A stretch of DNA of 62,611 nt, filler included, from Choristocarpus tenellus KU-1152 (Eukaryota; Protista; Phaeophyceae), in assembly GCA_964200185.2 (NCBI GenBank). It is 13 parts of 13 records of this genome, joined end to end, with 100 filler letters (N's around TTAATTAATTAA, not from the genome) between each part and the next. Parts side by side here need not be neighbours in the genome. Positions count along the whole stretch, not along the records: positions 11,051 to 15,373 come from CAXNAD020015117.1; positions 15,474 to 20,238 come from CAXNAD020013144.1; positions 20,339 to 23,158 come from CAXNAD020024479.1; positions 23,259 to 33,566 come from CAXNAD020002998.1; 9 more parts are not named here. One strand, 5' to 3'. The notes beneath the pieces are model-generated. The model was not told the origin of the DNA. It made no database searches and saw only the letters and a program-made list of their open reading frames with translations. The position numbers and the translations under genes are program-made. Numbering within the stretch: the first letter of the stretch is position 1; every line of letters starts with the position of its first letter. This document shows, piece by piece, positions 12,539 through 26,756 of this stretch.

Positions 12539-14973
12539 ATTTTATGGTTTTCAAGATTGACAAGAGGGAGGGTTAGGTCAAGAATAGGAGTCCTGGGAAA
12601 TCGAAAAACCTATTTCATAGTGGACCTTGTGTTGTGAAGTACTGGTGACAACCATGTGCTCTGAGTCTGACAGCGGCGGTGGTTCTAATTTGTCACACCC
12701 ACAAATTATGTTGCGAGGGCCAATACCATGGTTGATCCACTTTGTGGTGGGAATGAAAGACTATCGGATATGGCCGAGGTTATGGTGTACTTGTGCATTG
12801 ATCCAGTGGGTAGGTGGTTAAACTGTCGTTGCAAGAAGGGTATTTTGGTCCGATCTTCTGCGAGGGATGCTGTTCTTGTAGGAACATTTCGTGGGTTTCT
12901 TGATTCAAGAAGGCGGAACTGCTGTTGCTGTTAGGTTTAAGGATCGGGTTGGTGTATTTCACTGCAACATACGGAAGACTGCTCAGCTGATGGTAGGTGA
13001 CGCTTTGCTATTGCCTCTTTCCCCTCCCAATTTTACAAGTTGTATGTAGTTCTAATATTTTACTGCGCCGATGGAGTTTTTTTTAACTTAGAAGTACATG
13101 CTGCTAGGTAGAAAAGCCGATTGTGGGTTTGTGAAGTTGTTGGAGGAATCCTTCCAAAACGACCCTCTTGCTGAGTATGCTCGGTTACATTGCTCAATCA
13201 AAGAAATAGCATGAAGATTGTTGCACCAAGAGTATTCAGAGAAGCCTGGCACCCCCACAAGAAGCAAGAGCATTTTTCAGACAGATTGGGCAAAAAACAT
13301 AGGACAACTTGACAACTGTAGACAGTAGCTCTTTACTTTGAAAGTCTCCATCAAGAAGATGAACAAGTATTTACAGTGGTGTGTTTTTGAGATTCCTTGT
13401 AGAAAGCGGGCCGGTTAGGGCATGTCAATGGCACTGCTCTGGCAAACATAGTTTCCTCATCGGACCAAAACGAAATGACCTTCACAATATATGGTCCTTG
13501 CCTGTCTCCTCGCTATCCAAAGGACCGTGATATGTACATGAAACGTCCACATATATTCCGTACATGTGTGTGTATGCAGACTGCATGCGAAAATGTTGAC
13601 CTATTGCATATTTTGTTACACCCTCTGACATTTGTGGATGTTGTCATGGTGGGGACAGGTAGTATGTAAGGAAAACGTTGTAACAAGCACAACAACTACC
13701 AACTCTGTATTGTGGACTATGGTGAAGGCTTTCCAATCCACCAACAGTGGTTAAAAGTTTACTTCGAAATATTCGAAAAACAAGATACCATCTCCGTCCA
13801 AAAACGCTACTAGTACGTAGATGGAAGGTATACAATTGCTGTGTTTAATTTGAAAACAATCAAGAAGCGTATGTTGACATGGCAGCATCTAGATGTAGTC
13901 CTTTTTTCGGTTGATAATAACACCTCTCAAAAGTTGATGGCTGGAGTGGTTGTGGGTCACATCAACCATCATTCATGCTACTTAATTTATAACATATTTT
14001 GGTTGGCTTTCAGAGACTGGATGTTGTGAATCAACACAGGGGAGGTCAGAGGTGTCCTATATCTCTTAGATTTTCATTTTTCATTTGCATCCCACTAGTC
14101 TAGTGACCATCCTGACTTAGGTTGAGGCACTACACACTGCACTACCTTACATACTAACTACAAATTAACTGAATAGTTGTACAACCCATTAAGCCGGGCA
14201 CGTGGAATGACATAATCGAAACCAGAATTTCATGAGAGGTACAAAGAGTTGCATTTTAAGTATGCTGACAAAAATATGTAAAATTACACTTTTTTTACAA
14301 ACGTATGTATATATATTTTTTAATTCTGTCAAAAAAGTTTCAAACAGTAATAGAGAAATAAAACGGTAACATATCAAGTCAAACTTAGAACTTGATACAC
14401 AGAAATTTGGGTGAAGTGCAAAAGATTGAAAAATAGACTTGAAATTCAAAGGGATGAAGTAATCTGAGTTTTGTGAGCGGAAGAATTCTGGTTGGTTGGG
14501 GGCACCGGGGAAGGGTGGGGACAGGAAAGAAATAAAATGTAGCAAGAGGGTGAACGAATAGTTAAATACTGAGCGGTTGAGAGAGGGAGGAGAGAAGTTA
14601 AAGAAATGGGTGGGAGGCGGAGGCAGAAGAGAAGAAAGAATGACCAGTATTGAATTGGAAAGTAAACCTGGGGCTGGTGTGGCAGGACGAAGAGGGCTAG
14701 ATCAAGACAACCCCTGAGAAAGCTTTCCAGTCCACCCACCCTGTCACTTGCTCACGACCGACTGGGATGCTGGGGAGGGAGGGGAGGTCAAGTTTGGGCA
14801 GGGTAGATGTCTTCTAGCTCAAAGGCACAGTGTGAAGGGAATGATGAAGGGGTGTTCTTGGATGATTGTGGAGTGGTGTTGAATGGTGTGGGGTGGGGTC
14901 GAGTTGAGTGGTAAGTGGGGTGGGGTTGACTGGAGTGGTAACTGGTATGGGGTTGAAGGGTGTGGTAGTGACC

Positions 14974-15373
14974 GGAAATTAGTGGCGAAAGGGGTCGCAC
15001 TGGTTTGTCATCAGATGTTGGGGATGACTGAAAATCAGTAGCAAAAAAGGTCGCACTGGTTTGTCATCTGATGTTGGGGATGACAGGAAATCAGTGTTGA
15101 AGGGGGTTTGCCCTGGTTGGTCATCAGATGTGGGGGGTGACAGGAAATCAGTTGCGAAAGGGGGTCGCATTGGCTGTTCATCGCAAAGGGAGGGGAGAGG
15201 ACGGGAAATCAGTGTCGAAAAGGGTCGCACTGGTTTGTCATCAGAGGTGGGTGTTGGCTGGAAATCAGTGGTGAAAGCAGTTCGCATTGGTTGGTCATCC
15301 CAAAGGGGGGGGGGGGAGAGGACGGGAAATCAGTGGCGAAGAGGTCACACTGGTTGTTCACAAGGGGTGATAG
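14974..15373. repeat. Tandem array of ~7 diverged 56-65-bp units (GGAAATCAGTGGCGAAA…GGTCGCACTGGTTTGTCATC…GATGACA)
   Basis: Units start near 14974, 15030, 15086, 15143, 15203, 15260 and 15325. The array is truncated by a spacer. Confidence 0.9.
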
Positions 15374-17716
15374 NNNNNNNNNNNNNNNNNNNNNNNNNNN
15401 NNNNNNNNNNNNNNNNNTTAATTAATTAANNNNNNNNNNNNNNNNNNNNNNNNNNNNNNNNNNNNNNNNNNNNCCAGATACTTTGACCCAACTCTTGGTG
15501 TTCCTGCGACCACCAGGCCGGAAAGGCGATTGCAACAAGTTTTCAATGCTGGATGTACTCTTAAACCGCCACTCTGTGTTTAACTGGAAATTATGCTGCA
15601 CAGGAGTCAACATTCGATATCTATATCCTGTGACCACTGGACAACTGAAAAACAGACAGGTATGGATTCTTCAAACAACTATGGAGCTATCCTCGTGTAG
15701 TGTACCGAGTCACACCAACCTAGCAAATACAGTAGGTGGGTTGATCATCCCTTCCTTGGTGGTAGGGAAGCAATGTGTAATTGTACAAAGCGATCTGTTC
15801 ATTTATCCTGCAAGCATTGGACTGCTAGAAGAATCACAAAACATTTGGGGATCCTGAAAAGGAGTTTGAAGTAGTGGACAAACTAGGTTTTTGATTGAAA
15901 ATTTATGTATACTATTACTTCGAAGTATGTGGAACAAAACTGTATTTTTAATTGTAGTTCATTTGAAATTCGATGGGGGCAGTGACTTATAGAATGATAG
16001 TGGTAGGGGTGTATGTGAAGGGAATGTCCGTGGACATGAGGTTATGGTGGTGAACGTTTTATCCAGTGATATTTGAAGTTGTGGTCGCAGGTCAAGTCGA
16101 CCTAGGGTATCCTGTATATAGTGAACTACTTCTGGACAGCCACAAACGATTGGTTTCCAGTTGCATTTTCGTCTTCTGAAAACTCGACCCTTTCAGACTG
16201 TGATCGTGGCTCGCCCTCACCTTCGTAGTTATTGATACACTGTCGTCGTACACTTATCCTAAGAACGACTGTACCGTAACTTGTTAACATGATAATCACC
16301 AATTTTCGTTGGTTTATTAGGCAATCGATACACCACAGGCGCCGTCTGTGAGCCTCATCATCAGCCAGCAGGCTTGTGGACTGGAGCTACATATCCTGTT
16401 AAGGTTAGCAGTGGAGCGTTTGTAACATGGTGGTCCTATATTGTCTCTTCATACTGGAGAGGATGCTCATCTCACCACGTGGAATTATTTATAGCTTCTT
16501 GGTATGTCCTTGGTTTATCCCTCATGTTTTTGTTGACTACTTTGGGATGTCATGGAATCACCTCATACTCTTTTGCAAACAAAGGAAAAGGGTCTGCATA
16601 GTGAAATCTGTGGCGCGGACATCCCATCCTGATCTTGGGAATAGCCTTTCAACTATGCTGGGAAGGCACTCACATATGGTTGCATCAATGACTTACAAGG
16701 CACTAGTGCTCCAGATTATGGCTTCGTGGTCTCCTTCTAACGAGGGGACACCCACGTGTTTAAAGCATGTGTAAACGTCCCTATCTAGAGTTCTCCTCCC
16801 AATCGACTAACCTCAATTAACCCTCCAAATCTGGTATAATTTTGAATATGCAAGAAGTCGACTAATGATGAAAGCTCAAGCCAGCCAATGGACCTGGTAT
16901 GGAATGATGAATGAACATCACTTTTCTGCTGGAAATTTAATTTGAAATTTCAAGTGCAAGGTCGATTGTTTTAGTATTTCGCAATAGGGATCAATTTCGA
17001 TACTGGAGATAGAAAACAAGAACGACAGATTTCAATTGAAATTTTCTTGGTTACATTAATTGATAGAAAAAACTCTCAAATAGGAACACGACATTTTAAT
17101 AGTGGCGTGTTGAGGAGTGTTGTGGCATGTTTACAGCCCACACGAGGTGAGAGACCGTTGTCTGTAAGTCAACCCTTATGGGAAGAGCATACCAACAATT
17201 TTCGAATGATTGTGAATGCTTCACTGTCTCTATTGTTAAGACTTTCAATCGCATGAATCGTTGGTTCTCATCAAGAGGTCTTGTGCAGAAGCTTGAAGTC
17301 TTGTGTGCGAAGAGGTGACCTACATCACTGAAGCACTAATGAATTCAAAGTAATTAATCTTGTGACATGCTCTGTGTAAAATCTGGTTGAATACTGGAAT
17401 GTGGCGCACTGTTCTGTGATTTGTTTTGAAGGAAGTGATACATGATTTGAGTAGAGACTTCTTAAGTATCCCATCCAGTTGTGAATCAGGTACACTTAAT
17501 GCAGAGTGTTTTCGTACTGTATGCGAGGGAGAGACCAGTCAATGAAAAAATATAAACATAACCACTAAAATTCATTCTGTATCAAAAATACTCAAAAAGA
17601 GTAAATGAGATCAGAGTCTAATTCTGAGTCAACTCATGTGCGTCACATATTTATTTTGTAGTCAATTATGTCTATTAACTCCAGGAATGAAGTGAAGTAT
17701 TTATTATTATGCCCTC

Positions 17717-18060
17717 TGACATTTTGCAGATGTGTCAGGGGAAAACCCGATGAAATACCAATTCGATATCAGCACAACCCCTAAAAAAAGTAAAAGTTGT
17801 CGTAAAATGTGAAAGATGTTTTTCTATAAATCTACTTACTATCTTACTCCTAGCTATGATACACCGTTCCCCCCCTATGCCTCCAACCTAACTTAGCCCT
17901 ACACCCTAGGGCGAGGAGCTAGGGAAGCATCCCAAGAATTTGACAGGCCCTTCCTTGCCCATCTCCTTGGTGTATCTCCAGCTTAAAACATGACACTTCT
18001 TGACAGAGTCACTTTTGTTGTGACGGACACTATCTGTCGTAAAAGGGATTTGACAGCTCC
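17717..18060. repeat. Dispersed repeat; inverted homolog at ~22760-23158
   Basis: CTGACATTTTG…GTGTCAGGGG and GAGGAGCTAGGGAAGCATCCCAAGAAT match the reverse complement of 23125-23158 and 22960-22990. Confidence 0.7.
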
Positions 18061-18075
18061 CTTCCTGCTGCAGGC

Positions 18076-18270
18076 TCAAACCCCTCCCCGCCCTACCACG
18101 TGCGTAGCCAACTCACCCAGAAAACTCTGTCCTTGCTTACGGAGGCGCCCAAAACCTTCTACCGCGAAGATGTTGAGGTTAAAACTTCCTGGGTCAAAGG
18201 AACCCTCGTAGTGGGTGCGCTTTCGCGTCTCAGCTGCAGCAGCAGCCACACCATTGCTGGTGGATGAGTG
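18076..18270 (-). mobile_element. 3' remnant of an RLE-type (CRE-like) non-LTR retrotransposon
   Basis: AAAAAETRKRTHY…FNLNIFAVEGFGRL…FLGELA resembles the C-terminal restriction-like endonuclease region (AExxKxxxY…FAVExFG). Confidence 0.6.
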
Positions 18271-19861
18271 GATGAGTCTGATACGTACTGAGTACTTTGG
18301 TATATTCAAGCCTTTCATACCTTTGAGGAGGTAAGTAGGCATTGTACTCTGCATGAAGTAAGCCAAGTGCTGCTATACGCGTCATAACAAAAGTGCCCAG
18401 GTGTGACACCTCATGAAGAATTGGCAGATGAATTCATCAACTACTCGTGTCTATCTGTGACTCATATAGTAATTTACTCGATAAATAGGAGAGTTTTATT
18501 GTGATAACTTTCCCAGAGCTTACATGCATGAGTGAGGGAGGGAGCAGAATAGAAAGTGATTAATAGAGATATTGATTCAGTATATACTATAAAATCACAA
18601 TTCGAGCAGGATATAGTTGAACTAAATATAATATTGATACCATTGACTTGATTCTGTCCATGGAAATACGGGGGTACTTGGAACTAGGGTCACCACACCT
18701 ATTTCCACCTTCACTCTTCTTTTCACGACACAATAAGATAAAGAGACAGTTTTATCACAGAGAATCACAACGCTTTCATCCACTGGTATCTATTCTTAAG
18801 ACTCAACGTTCCTTACTTTCATAGAGTTTCATTTCCTTCTATAGACCAGATAATCTACACCAGTATCACAGTACCTCTACCCATCAATATGAGCGCCAAG
18901 AGCCTGACCAACCACATACTATGCATTTACACGCAGAAACGTGCAGCCGGGTTAAATCATTACAGGTCTCAATGAATTTCACATAGTTCCCTCACTAAGG
19001 CAATAGCACTTAGGATAAAAAATAACTCTTTTCCTACCACTACTCCCCATCTTATTACTTCTGTAATTATCTCCACCCTCCACACCTCTGTGGTCAGAGG
19101 CATCATTACACACTGAACCACTTCTCATACAAATTTATGTAACCAACTGCTCAGTACAACTTACAGGTCTGTTTCGGTTCCCACCATACTTCTCGTGTGT
19201 TGGGTACAGCCACCACACTGCTCGTTGCTGCACCTCCCCCCTCGAAACTTCTTCTAGACCCGACCTGGTGTTGCTAACGTGGCAGCCCGTTCTTTGTTTG
19301 GCGTTTTTTGGTTGCAATATACCTCAGCAATAGATGGGATAGTAAAGGTGTACAATTCATAGTGTATTCATTGGCTATGCATAATCGAAACAAGGTGAAA
19401 TCTGCGAAAAGGTCTGGCATTGATGAAATTCGAATGACCGAAACAAGTGCTGGGAACAGTCAACCTTCATAGTAAGCCTCGAATGCACTCCCGAAGAACA
19501 TCCATAAAGTCTAGTCGTACTTCTCACGTACTCTCTAAATGAGAAGAGATCAAAAGGTGTTTCCTAGACATCGTCAAGATTTCGATAATCTCGACTAAGA
19601 CGATAACAGTAGATCTATTAAACTAATGATTAGCAATCAAACTTGAATATCCACTACTTACTACTTTCCTACAATAGCGCATTCTATAAATGCTAACAGT
19701 GTGAGTATGAATCAAGTCTGCACGGGAAAAAGCAACATTACTATAATGTCGCTGGTACAAATGATAATAAAAAACATAGCAAACGACACACCTCCACATT
19801 CAACTTCTATCCCAGGCGTACTTCGGCCAGACATCAACTCTACAACACATGTCCTGATAGC

Positions 19862-20033
19862 TCAAAGTATCTGGGGGGTTGTTGGCTGTCCATATCGGGT
19901 CATTTTTTTCATGTCGAGATTTTTGAGTGATTTTAATCCATAAGTTGGATAGATAATAGAAGTGCACTTTTCCTGGTTGTGACAAAATGGACACCCTGGT
20001 GTAGAACACCACCCCACCCCCAGACACTTTTGG
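19862..20033. mobile_element. Decayed MITE with (G)TCAAAGTATCTGGGGGG / CCCCCAGACACTTT termini; related copy at ~34430-34553
   Basis: Inverted TIR-like ends. AAATGGACAC.CTGGTGTA is shared with 34508-34530. Confidence 0.6.
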
Positions 20034-23000
20034 TCTGCTTTATGAGACTGCATAACTCACAACAATATACTCATTGATCTGCACACCCTGCTGCTCCGAT
20101 ATATCATACATAACACACCCATTGTGCAGGTGCTTCATACATTGTATTCATCCCCTCCCCAATCTACCTCAATAATTACCACCATCAACACCAAAGCACA
20201 TGTTGCCAGTGTTGCCATCAAAACGATCGGCAGTGACCNNNNNNNNNNNNNNNNNNNNNNNNNNNNNNNNNNNNNNNNNNNNTTAATTAATTAANNNNNN
20301 NNNNNNNNNNNNNNNNNNNNNNNNNNNNNNNNNNNNNNGGACTTCAGAAGATGGGTAATGGGTAGAGTGTGAGACTGCGTTGTTGAGAGTCCTGTTCCCA
20401 CCTGTCTGCCTTATCTCTCAGTTAATGTTTGCCATAGTATACAACATGTGTTTTGTTGTGTAATGTTTGGTGGTGTGTATGATGTTGTACTACATGCGAG
20501 GATTGCTGTACTGACCATTGTGAATGAACACAGGTTCGCCTGACTCAAGGAATCGATGCATTTACATGATAGCCATGTTGATAAGTTGCAGACTTCCAGT
20601 GTTGTTTTGTTCCTCCACAGTTGAGATGGTTGGCAGTTGTCAAGGTATATCCTGTGCCTTATAGCAAGTGCTATTGATGAAGAGTCTTGTGTGTGGGCAT
20701 ACAGGATTTGCAGTTCAGGATGAGTGTGAAGTTCATGGTTGAACAATCCAGTTTGTTGTTATTGTTGTTTGTAAGCCCTTTACCTCCAGTCAATCCTTTA
20801 CCTGTTTAGTCACCAAGAGGTCAGTGCCACTCCCTCTGATACTGATGGTACCAACTGACTGCACCACTGTCCATAGCTAGCATGGAGTATCATCTCCTAC
20901 AACCCTACTCTTTTTTTTTGGCAGTGAAACAAACACTACTTTACCACATATTGCACTTGGTTGAAGAGAATTATCAAAATGGGAGAGGCTTCACGGGAAG
21001 TGGGAAATATTGGATATGGGTGAACCCCAAAGGCAAGGGCATCACACGTGTATCGCAAATACTGATATGATTGATTTGACGCATTTGGTGTATGTTGTAA
21101 CGTACTAACAAGGCAGAAGAGAGTTATGTGCACCATTGAATAATCCATAACCTATCATCCAAAGCAATAAATATGACAACTGTCACACGCTCAACATACA
21201 ACGGCTAGAAAAGCTCAGTTATGGAAATCTTGAAAGAAATTTGTTTATTTGTTGTTGGGGTTCTCTTTGAGGTTCATTGAGGGGATGCAGTTGTCCTTCT
21301 TGGCGTGCACTATCTGGAGAGCACCGGGTGTGTCAAAACAAAATGGAACTTCAGCTATTATACTGCTCTGTAGTATTGCGGGAAGATTAACAAGGATAAA
21401 TTAGGCCTTGAACAGGGAGATGGAAATATTTCGGTGGATATTATTCAACATTCCCTGTGTGAAGATGATGCGTTACATGAGGATTTTTCGTTGGGTAATA
21501 TATTTGACATTAAGCCTGTGCTTATATTTGATGCTTGTCTTTTTGCTAGACTTGGACTACAAGGGCAAAGGGTGGGACGATGCCTGTCTACCCTCTCCAC
21601 ATGTAGGTGTTGATCCACTCTATCTTGTGTATTTACCACTGGAACATATAGTAGATAATATATATGAGACTTATCTATGATACACTGCTTGCCACTCGAT
21701 ACCACTAGTGAATTGCTATTTCATGTCTGTTTAGCCACTCCAAAACCCTGCAAACTTCATTTGATCTGTACATATTGATGTTTTCTATTTTCGTCTGTGA
21801 TATTCACCCCGCTTTTACTACAAGTATCACTACTGTCGAATGGAATTTGTTTTTATGGTCTATCCACCTCTAATGGCTACCTTGTCAAATTGTACAGTAG
21901 GACAGAGCTCGACCTAACAATTACTCCTTCAAGTCAAACCAATGGAGAGATATAACAGGTTTGGACTCTTTTGCATTCTAAACCATCTTTCTTACCCTGT
22001 GCAATATACCCTATTTCATTGCTTTATGTCCACAGTATAGTGTACGTAAGATTGTTATTTCCCCTTTCGACACGCGAAGTGACACCACCACTAAGCAAAG
22101 GATCTTTCTGCAATTTTACAAAATGTATCTTTTTGCCCTTTCTCGGGATCCATAAATGCAACCCTGCCAAACCCTGCCTACCACTCTCAGTTGGTTAGAC
22201 TCGTAGCAATTATTATACTATTCGTAAGTAGAACCAAGCAACTGTTATCCTCCTCCTAATGACTTTGTACTCCATTTCCGTGATACATTTGTTTGGTGAT
22301 TTTAGCAGTGGTTAATCGCAATATTGTTCCCATGGAAGTCTGATAGAACCTAGATTTCAACTGATCATGTCGCAACCTTCTTGGCATTTTTCTACATAAA
22401 CCTAATGGCACGACCTATATATACAGGACTTCCTCCCAACACTAAAGCATTATATATCACAGAAAATCATATGGGTATAGGTTCAGACGCCTCTCCAATT
22501 TCAGTATGCAGGGATACGAACACATGATGGGGAAATCTATTTTGGCGATGTGTTTTTTTGGGGCGAGTATACCGTTTTTGGGCATCCTGTCCTTTGTTGA
22601 AGATAAAGATTTAGTGTCGTAGTGAAGGCATTGATTGCATGTAACGTCCAAATCGAGAAGTTGAAATATTAAAACAATAAGTGGTATGTTGGAAGGTAAC
22701 TCTATCTTTAGAAACTTTATTGCTAGGAATTTATTGGTTAACATTTCGATGTCCTTGTGAATCTTTTGACAGGGTTTTCCTGTGACGTGATTGTAGTTGA
22801 TGGAATAACGATGTCATGTTCAAGGAAAAATAGCAGGAAGGGAGTGGTTAAATCCCGGCTACGCCAAATTGTCTCAGACACTACGCAATTGGCACTGTCT
22901 AGGCGTGTCATGCGTTTTAAGCTGGAGTCACCAGAGAGATGGGCACGGAGGGGTTTGATGGATTCTTGGGATGCCTCCCTAGCTCCTCACCCTCGCGTAC

Positions 23001-24407
23001 AGGAATAGGTAGATTGGAAGTACAGGAAAGAAGTGGTAGTAGTGAAATAACAAAGAGATGTTTTTCACAGTTGTAACGTTTTTTTTTTCTTTAGGGATTA
23101 TACTTACATGTGGATAGTTTTCATTGGTTTCCCCCCTGACACACGTCCAAAATGTCAGNNNNNNNNNNNNNNNNNNNNNNNNNNNNNNNNNNNNNNNNNN
23201 NNTTAATTAATTAANNNNNNNNNNNNNNNNNNNNNNNNNNNNNNNNNNNNNNNNNNNNCCAACCCCCCCCCCCGATGACCACCAAAAGAGTGAATGACTG
23301 TATCACAGCCCAAACAACCCGTCTCTCCAAAACCAACAAAGGAGAAGTCCTGCACATTTACACATTTCTACCACCAGACACATCTTCAACAAACATATCG
23401 CACCCCCTCCTGCCACCCCCTTCCCCAACTAGAACGTAAACACTGGAGTGTATACATACGTATTATACACAGGAATGACGATGTGACAGCGAGGTCCCTG
23501 GCATCAGTCCCCACCACCCCCCCGAGCAACAAAAACAACGCTATTCGGCTGTTGCCTCAATCCCCCACATTGATTGAACACCTTCCCACCTACACCAGAA
23601 CCAAGAAACCATGTCATCGCAAAGGTCTTACAGCATAGAAATCTTGAATGAATACAGTCCTATCCCGTATCACTAAACTCAATCCTAACACAAGCAAATA
23701 GTAATTACACACAGTTACTAATACCACCACGAGGTATACCAGTATACAATAGTAATATCACTATACAACCGTATACTCAACTCTTGCCCATAGTCTTTCC
23801 TCCAGTTAAGTAGTTTATACAAAAAGTTATTTGTACAGCATCTAATATTCACATATATATATATAAACAAAGGTATACGTGGAAGGCGAAATACTGCCTC
23901 CTTGGCAGGGGCAAGAGGCAAAATTAAATCTTCCACCCTGAGCCTCTGTCAAACCCTATCCAGTCCAACCCCTCTATCCAATCACCAAATACGGGAAAAA
24001 TTTTCCCTTACCAAATCTCAAGAACAGAGAAAGTTTCATGGTGCAAGCGCAAAGTGTGAGTGCTTGAGGGGGGGGGGGGGAAGGGCATGCAAAAGGTCAA
24101 ACAGACTTGAATAATTTTTAATAACTTACGAAGAATTTCATCAATCCATCCAAGGTGTCTAGATCAGAGGGGCGCCACACGGTTTTACATTAAAAACAGC
24201 AATCCCAACATCCATTCAAGGCAGGCATCAGTCACTTCCCGATCCAATGAACCTTCAACATATGAGACGGATTCACAGCGAAGCTATTCCTTCCAATCAA
24301 CATGGTATATTCCCCCTCAGAAGATCAAATCACTGCCTACTACTTCACGCACCCCTTCAAAAATCAATCAATTATTGATCTCCTGTGAAACACCTTTCTT
24401 GACTCAC

Positions 24408-26756
24408 CATCATAGGTACTCCGCCAGCCATGACCTGGAACTCCTGCCCCGGCCGTACCCCTTGAGGTACAGTGACAGTGTAGGGTATAGCATCCGTTCC
24501 CGCTCGCCTTCCAGGCCCTGGAATAGAATATGCCCCAGGCTTGGATCCAGTCTGAATAAAGAGAGACAATCCATTTCAAGACACCATAATCATGAGAAGG
24601 CGTTGAGGGCGAACCAGATAAAAACAGTGCACCCAATGTAGGAGGAGAGGAGGACTGGCGGTTGAGGGAGGGGCTCCACCACCACAAGCACACCATTGAA
24701 TCGCAATGCGAACAGATATTCGGGTGTGCTGTTTGGGGTGTTTCCATTCGCAATAACGCATTCTGTATACGCTTTTATCATATGATATGATTGGTGGGTG
24801 GGTGGGAATGGATAGGCACCGAAGGACCTGAGATGTCTTCAAAAGGGATATAATAGGTGACCCGGACGATCAAAGGGATATAATAGGTGTGGGGGGAGGG
24901 TTGACCTTATCGCGTACTCCCTACTAACAAATATGAGTGCGTTCTCCTCAGGGTTGGACATGTTGTGTTCCGGGAAATTCGAAACAAAAATTGTGGGTAT
25001 TCGAGTGGAGCAAGGGGTAGGGGGAGCGAGCAGGTGGCAGGGATGTTCCAATTGTGGGCCCAAACCGTGGGCTGCCATGCTACATACCCGTGAGACAGAG
25101 AGAAGAAAGGACGAGTTCAGGATAGTGCAATCCTCTGCGCCTTGGAAAATGGAATCAATATCCCACAATCTTGACTATGGTAGCCGATTTACTACTTCAG
25201 ACACCTAGTCAAAAGGACTACACTTTTGTGAATTTCATTTCAGCATATTGAAATAGACTATTGTGTTTTATCACCCCTCACCCCCAAAAAGGCACAAAAT
25301 GTTTTCCAGCAATCAAAATTTTTAAACTGTTCTCTTGGAAAAACGGTTCCTATTTAACCTATGCTTGCAATGAAAAGAAAAATGACACGAAAAATCTTTT
25401 TGATTTCTATCAACACCAATTCAAGACTTTTGTTTGAGAGACAGGCAGGGCGTTAGCTTTGACACAAGACTACGTCCTTCAAGTCTCCCCTAAGAAATGT
25501 AAGAAATCCCCTCCCAACTGGAGGGCCACTTTCAAGTGTCCAAAACATCGTACCACTTGGGGTGGACGCTACTCCGACAGGATTCCGTTTTTGATACCCT
25601 TTCAAATTCATAAATGGTCTGGATTTTCGATGCACAAGCGGTTATACCTAGTGCATGGTGTTTGCAGCTCTAAGAATGGTGTAACGAAAGGGTCTCACAT
25701 TTGAAGCGCCTTTTTGCCTACCATGGGAAAAGAGTCTGAACGCCAAAGCATTTGAAACGTCAGCAAATGTCACTTATTTCAAAGCTGCAATTATAGGTGA
25801 ATATGGTCAAGACAGCAGACCTTCCCCACACTTACGCAACATCTATTTATATCTGCGGTAAAGATGAGGGGAGTGAGACGAGGACACAAACAGGCCAAAG
25901 AAGGAAACACCTGATGTTGGATATGCTCCCAGCTAAAATTGACCTGAACTTCTTCTGGGTATCGTAACTTAACCAACCGTCATGGTACGTACACAAGTAT
26001 ATAGTCACACTGCACTGGTTACTACACTGAAGTAGTGATAAGTAATCGTGTGAGACAGACACCTCAGATCAGAAGTGCTTCTAGCAAAACCGTCGATGGA
26101 GTACACCCTGCCTTCACCCTGCATCATGGACAAACCGTCTTCTACGGGCTTCTCCCTCATCAGAAATCTATTATTTTGAATGCGCTATGAGCATCTCTGA
26201 CCCTGTTCAACTGATTGCAGACTCATGAGATAGCAATATAGGGGAGGGAGTCGAATTTGAACCACATCCCCACACAGAAAAATAGACGGGTGTGTAACTG
26301 GGAAGTGACAGAAGCTAGTAGAACACGTGCGAGGAAACATATATCATACAGAGGGTAGTACACACCTGCTGGTAAAAGGACTATAGCCCGCTGAGATACA
26401 GCGGACCCAACGATGTGCCGCATTTTCGAAGGTCTATGCACTTGGAGCTGATACTCCCTTGCCGGGTTAAATAGTATGGAGATGTGGGGAAGCAATAATG
26501 AGGACAACACCGAATATAAATGAACCTATCAAGCAAAGGTGTAGGGCCTTACCTGTACTCGAGATGGTCGCCTTGGGCCTGTCGTATGCCCAGTCGTGTC
26601 CTCTTCCCTCGCCCCCCTAATAGTGGACGTCCTCCTGTTGGCGCCCTGAAACCCCCGATCGCCCCCAAGACCATTTGAGGGCGTACTGCTATCGTTCCCC
26701 ATCGTCTCAAAGGTACTTCCCCCTTCAGGTGTAGTGATACTAGCCGATGCTCCCAC
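24408..26756 (-). CDS. 5' exons (26756..26553, 24551..24408) of a putatively N-myristoylated protein with a YTVTVPQGVRPGQEFQV motif
   Basis: ATG start MGASAS (MGxxxS). Phase-0 GTAAGG donor, TTTATTCAG acceptor and GTGAGT donor; the reading frame is continuous. Confidence 0.8.
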
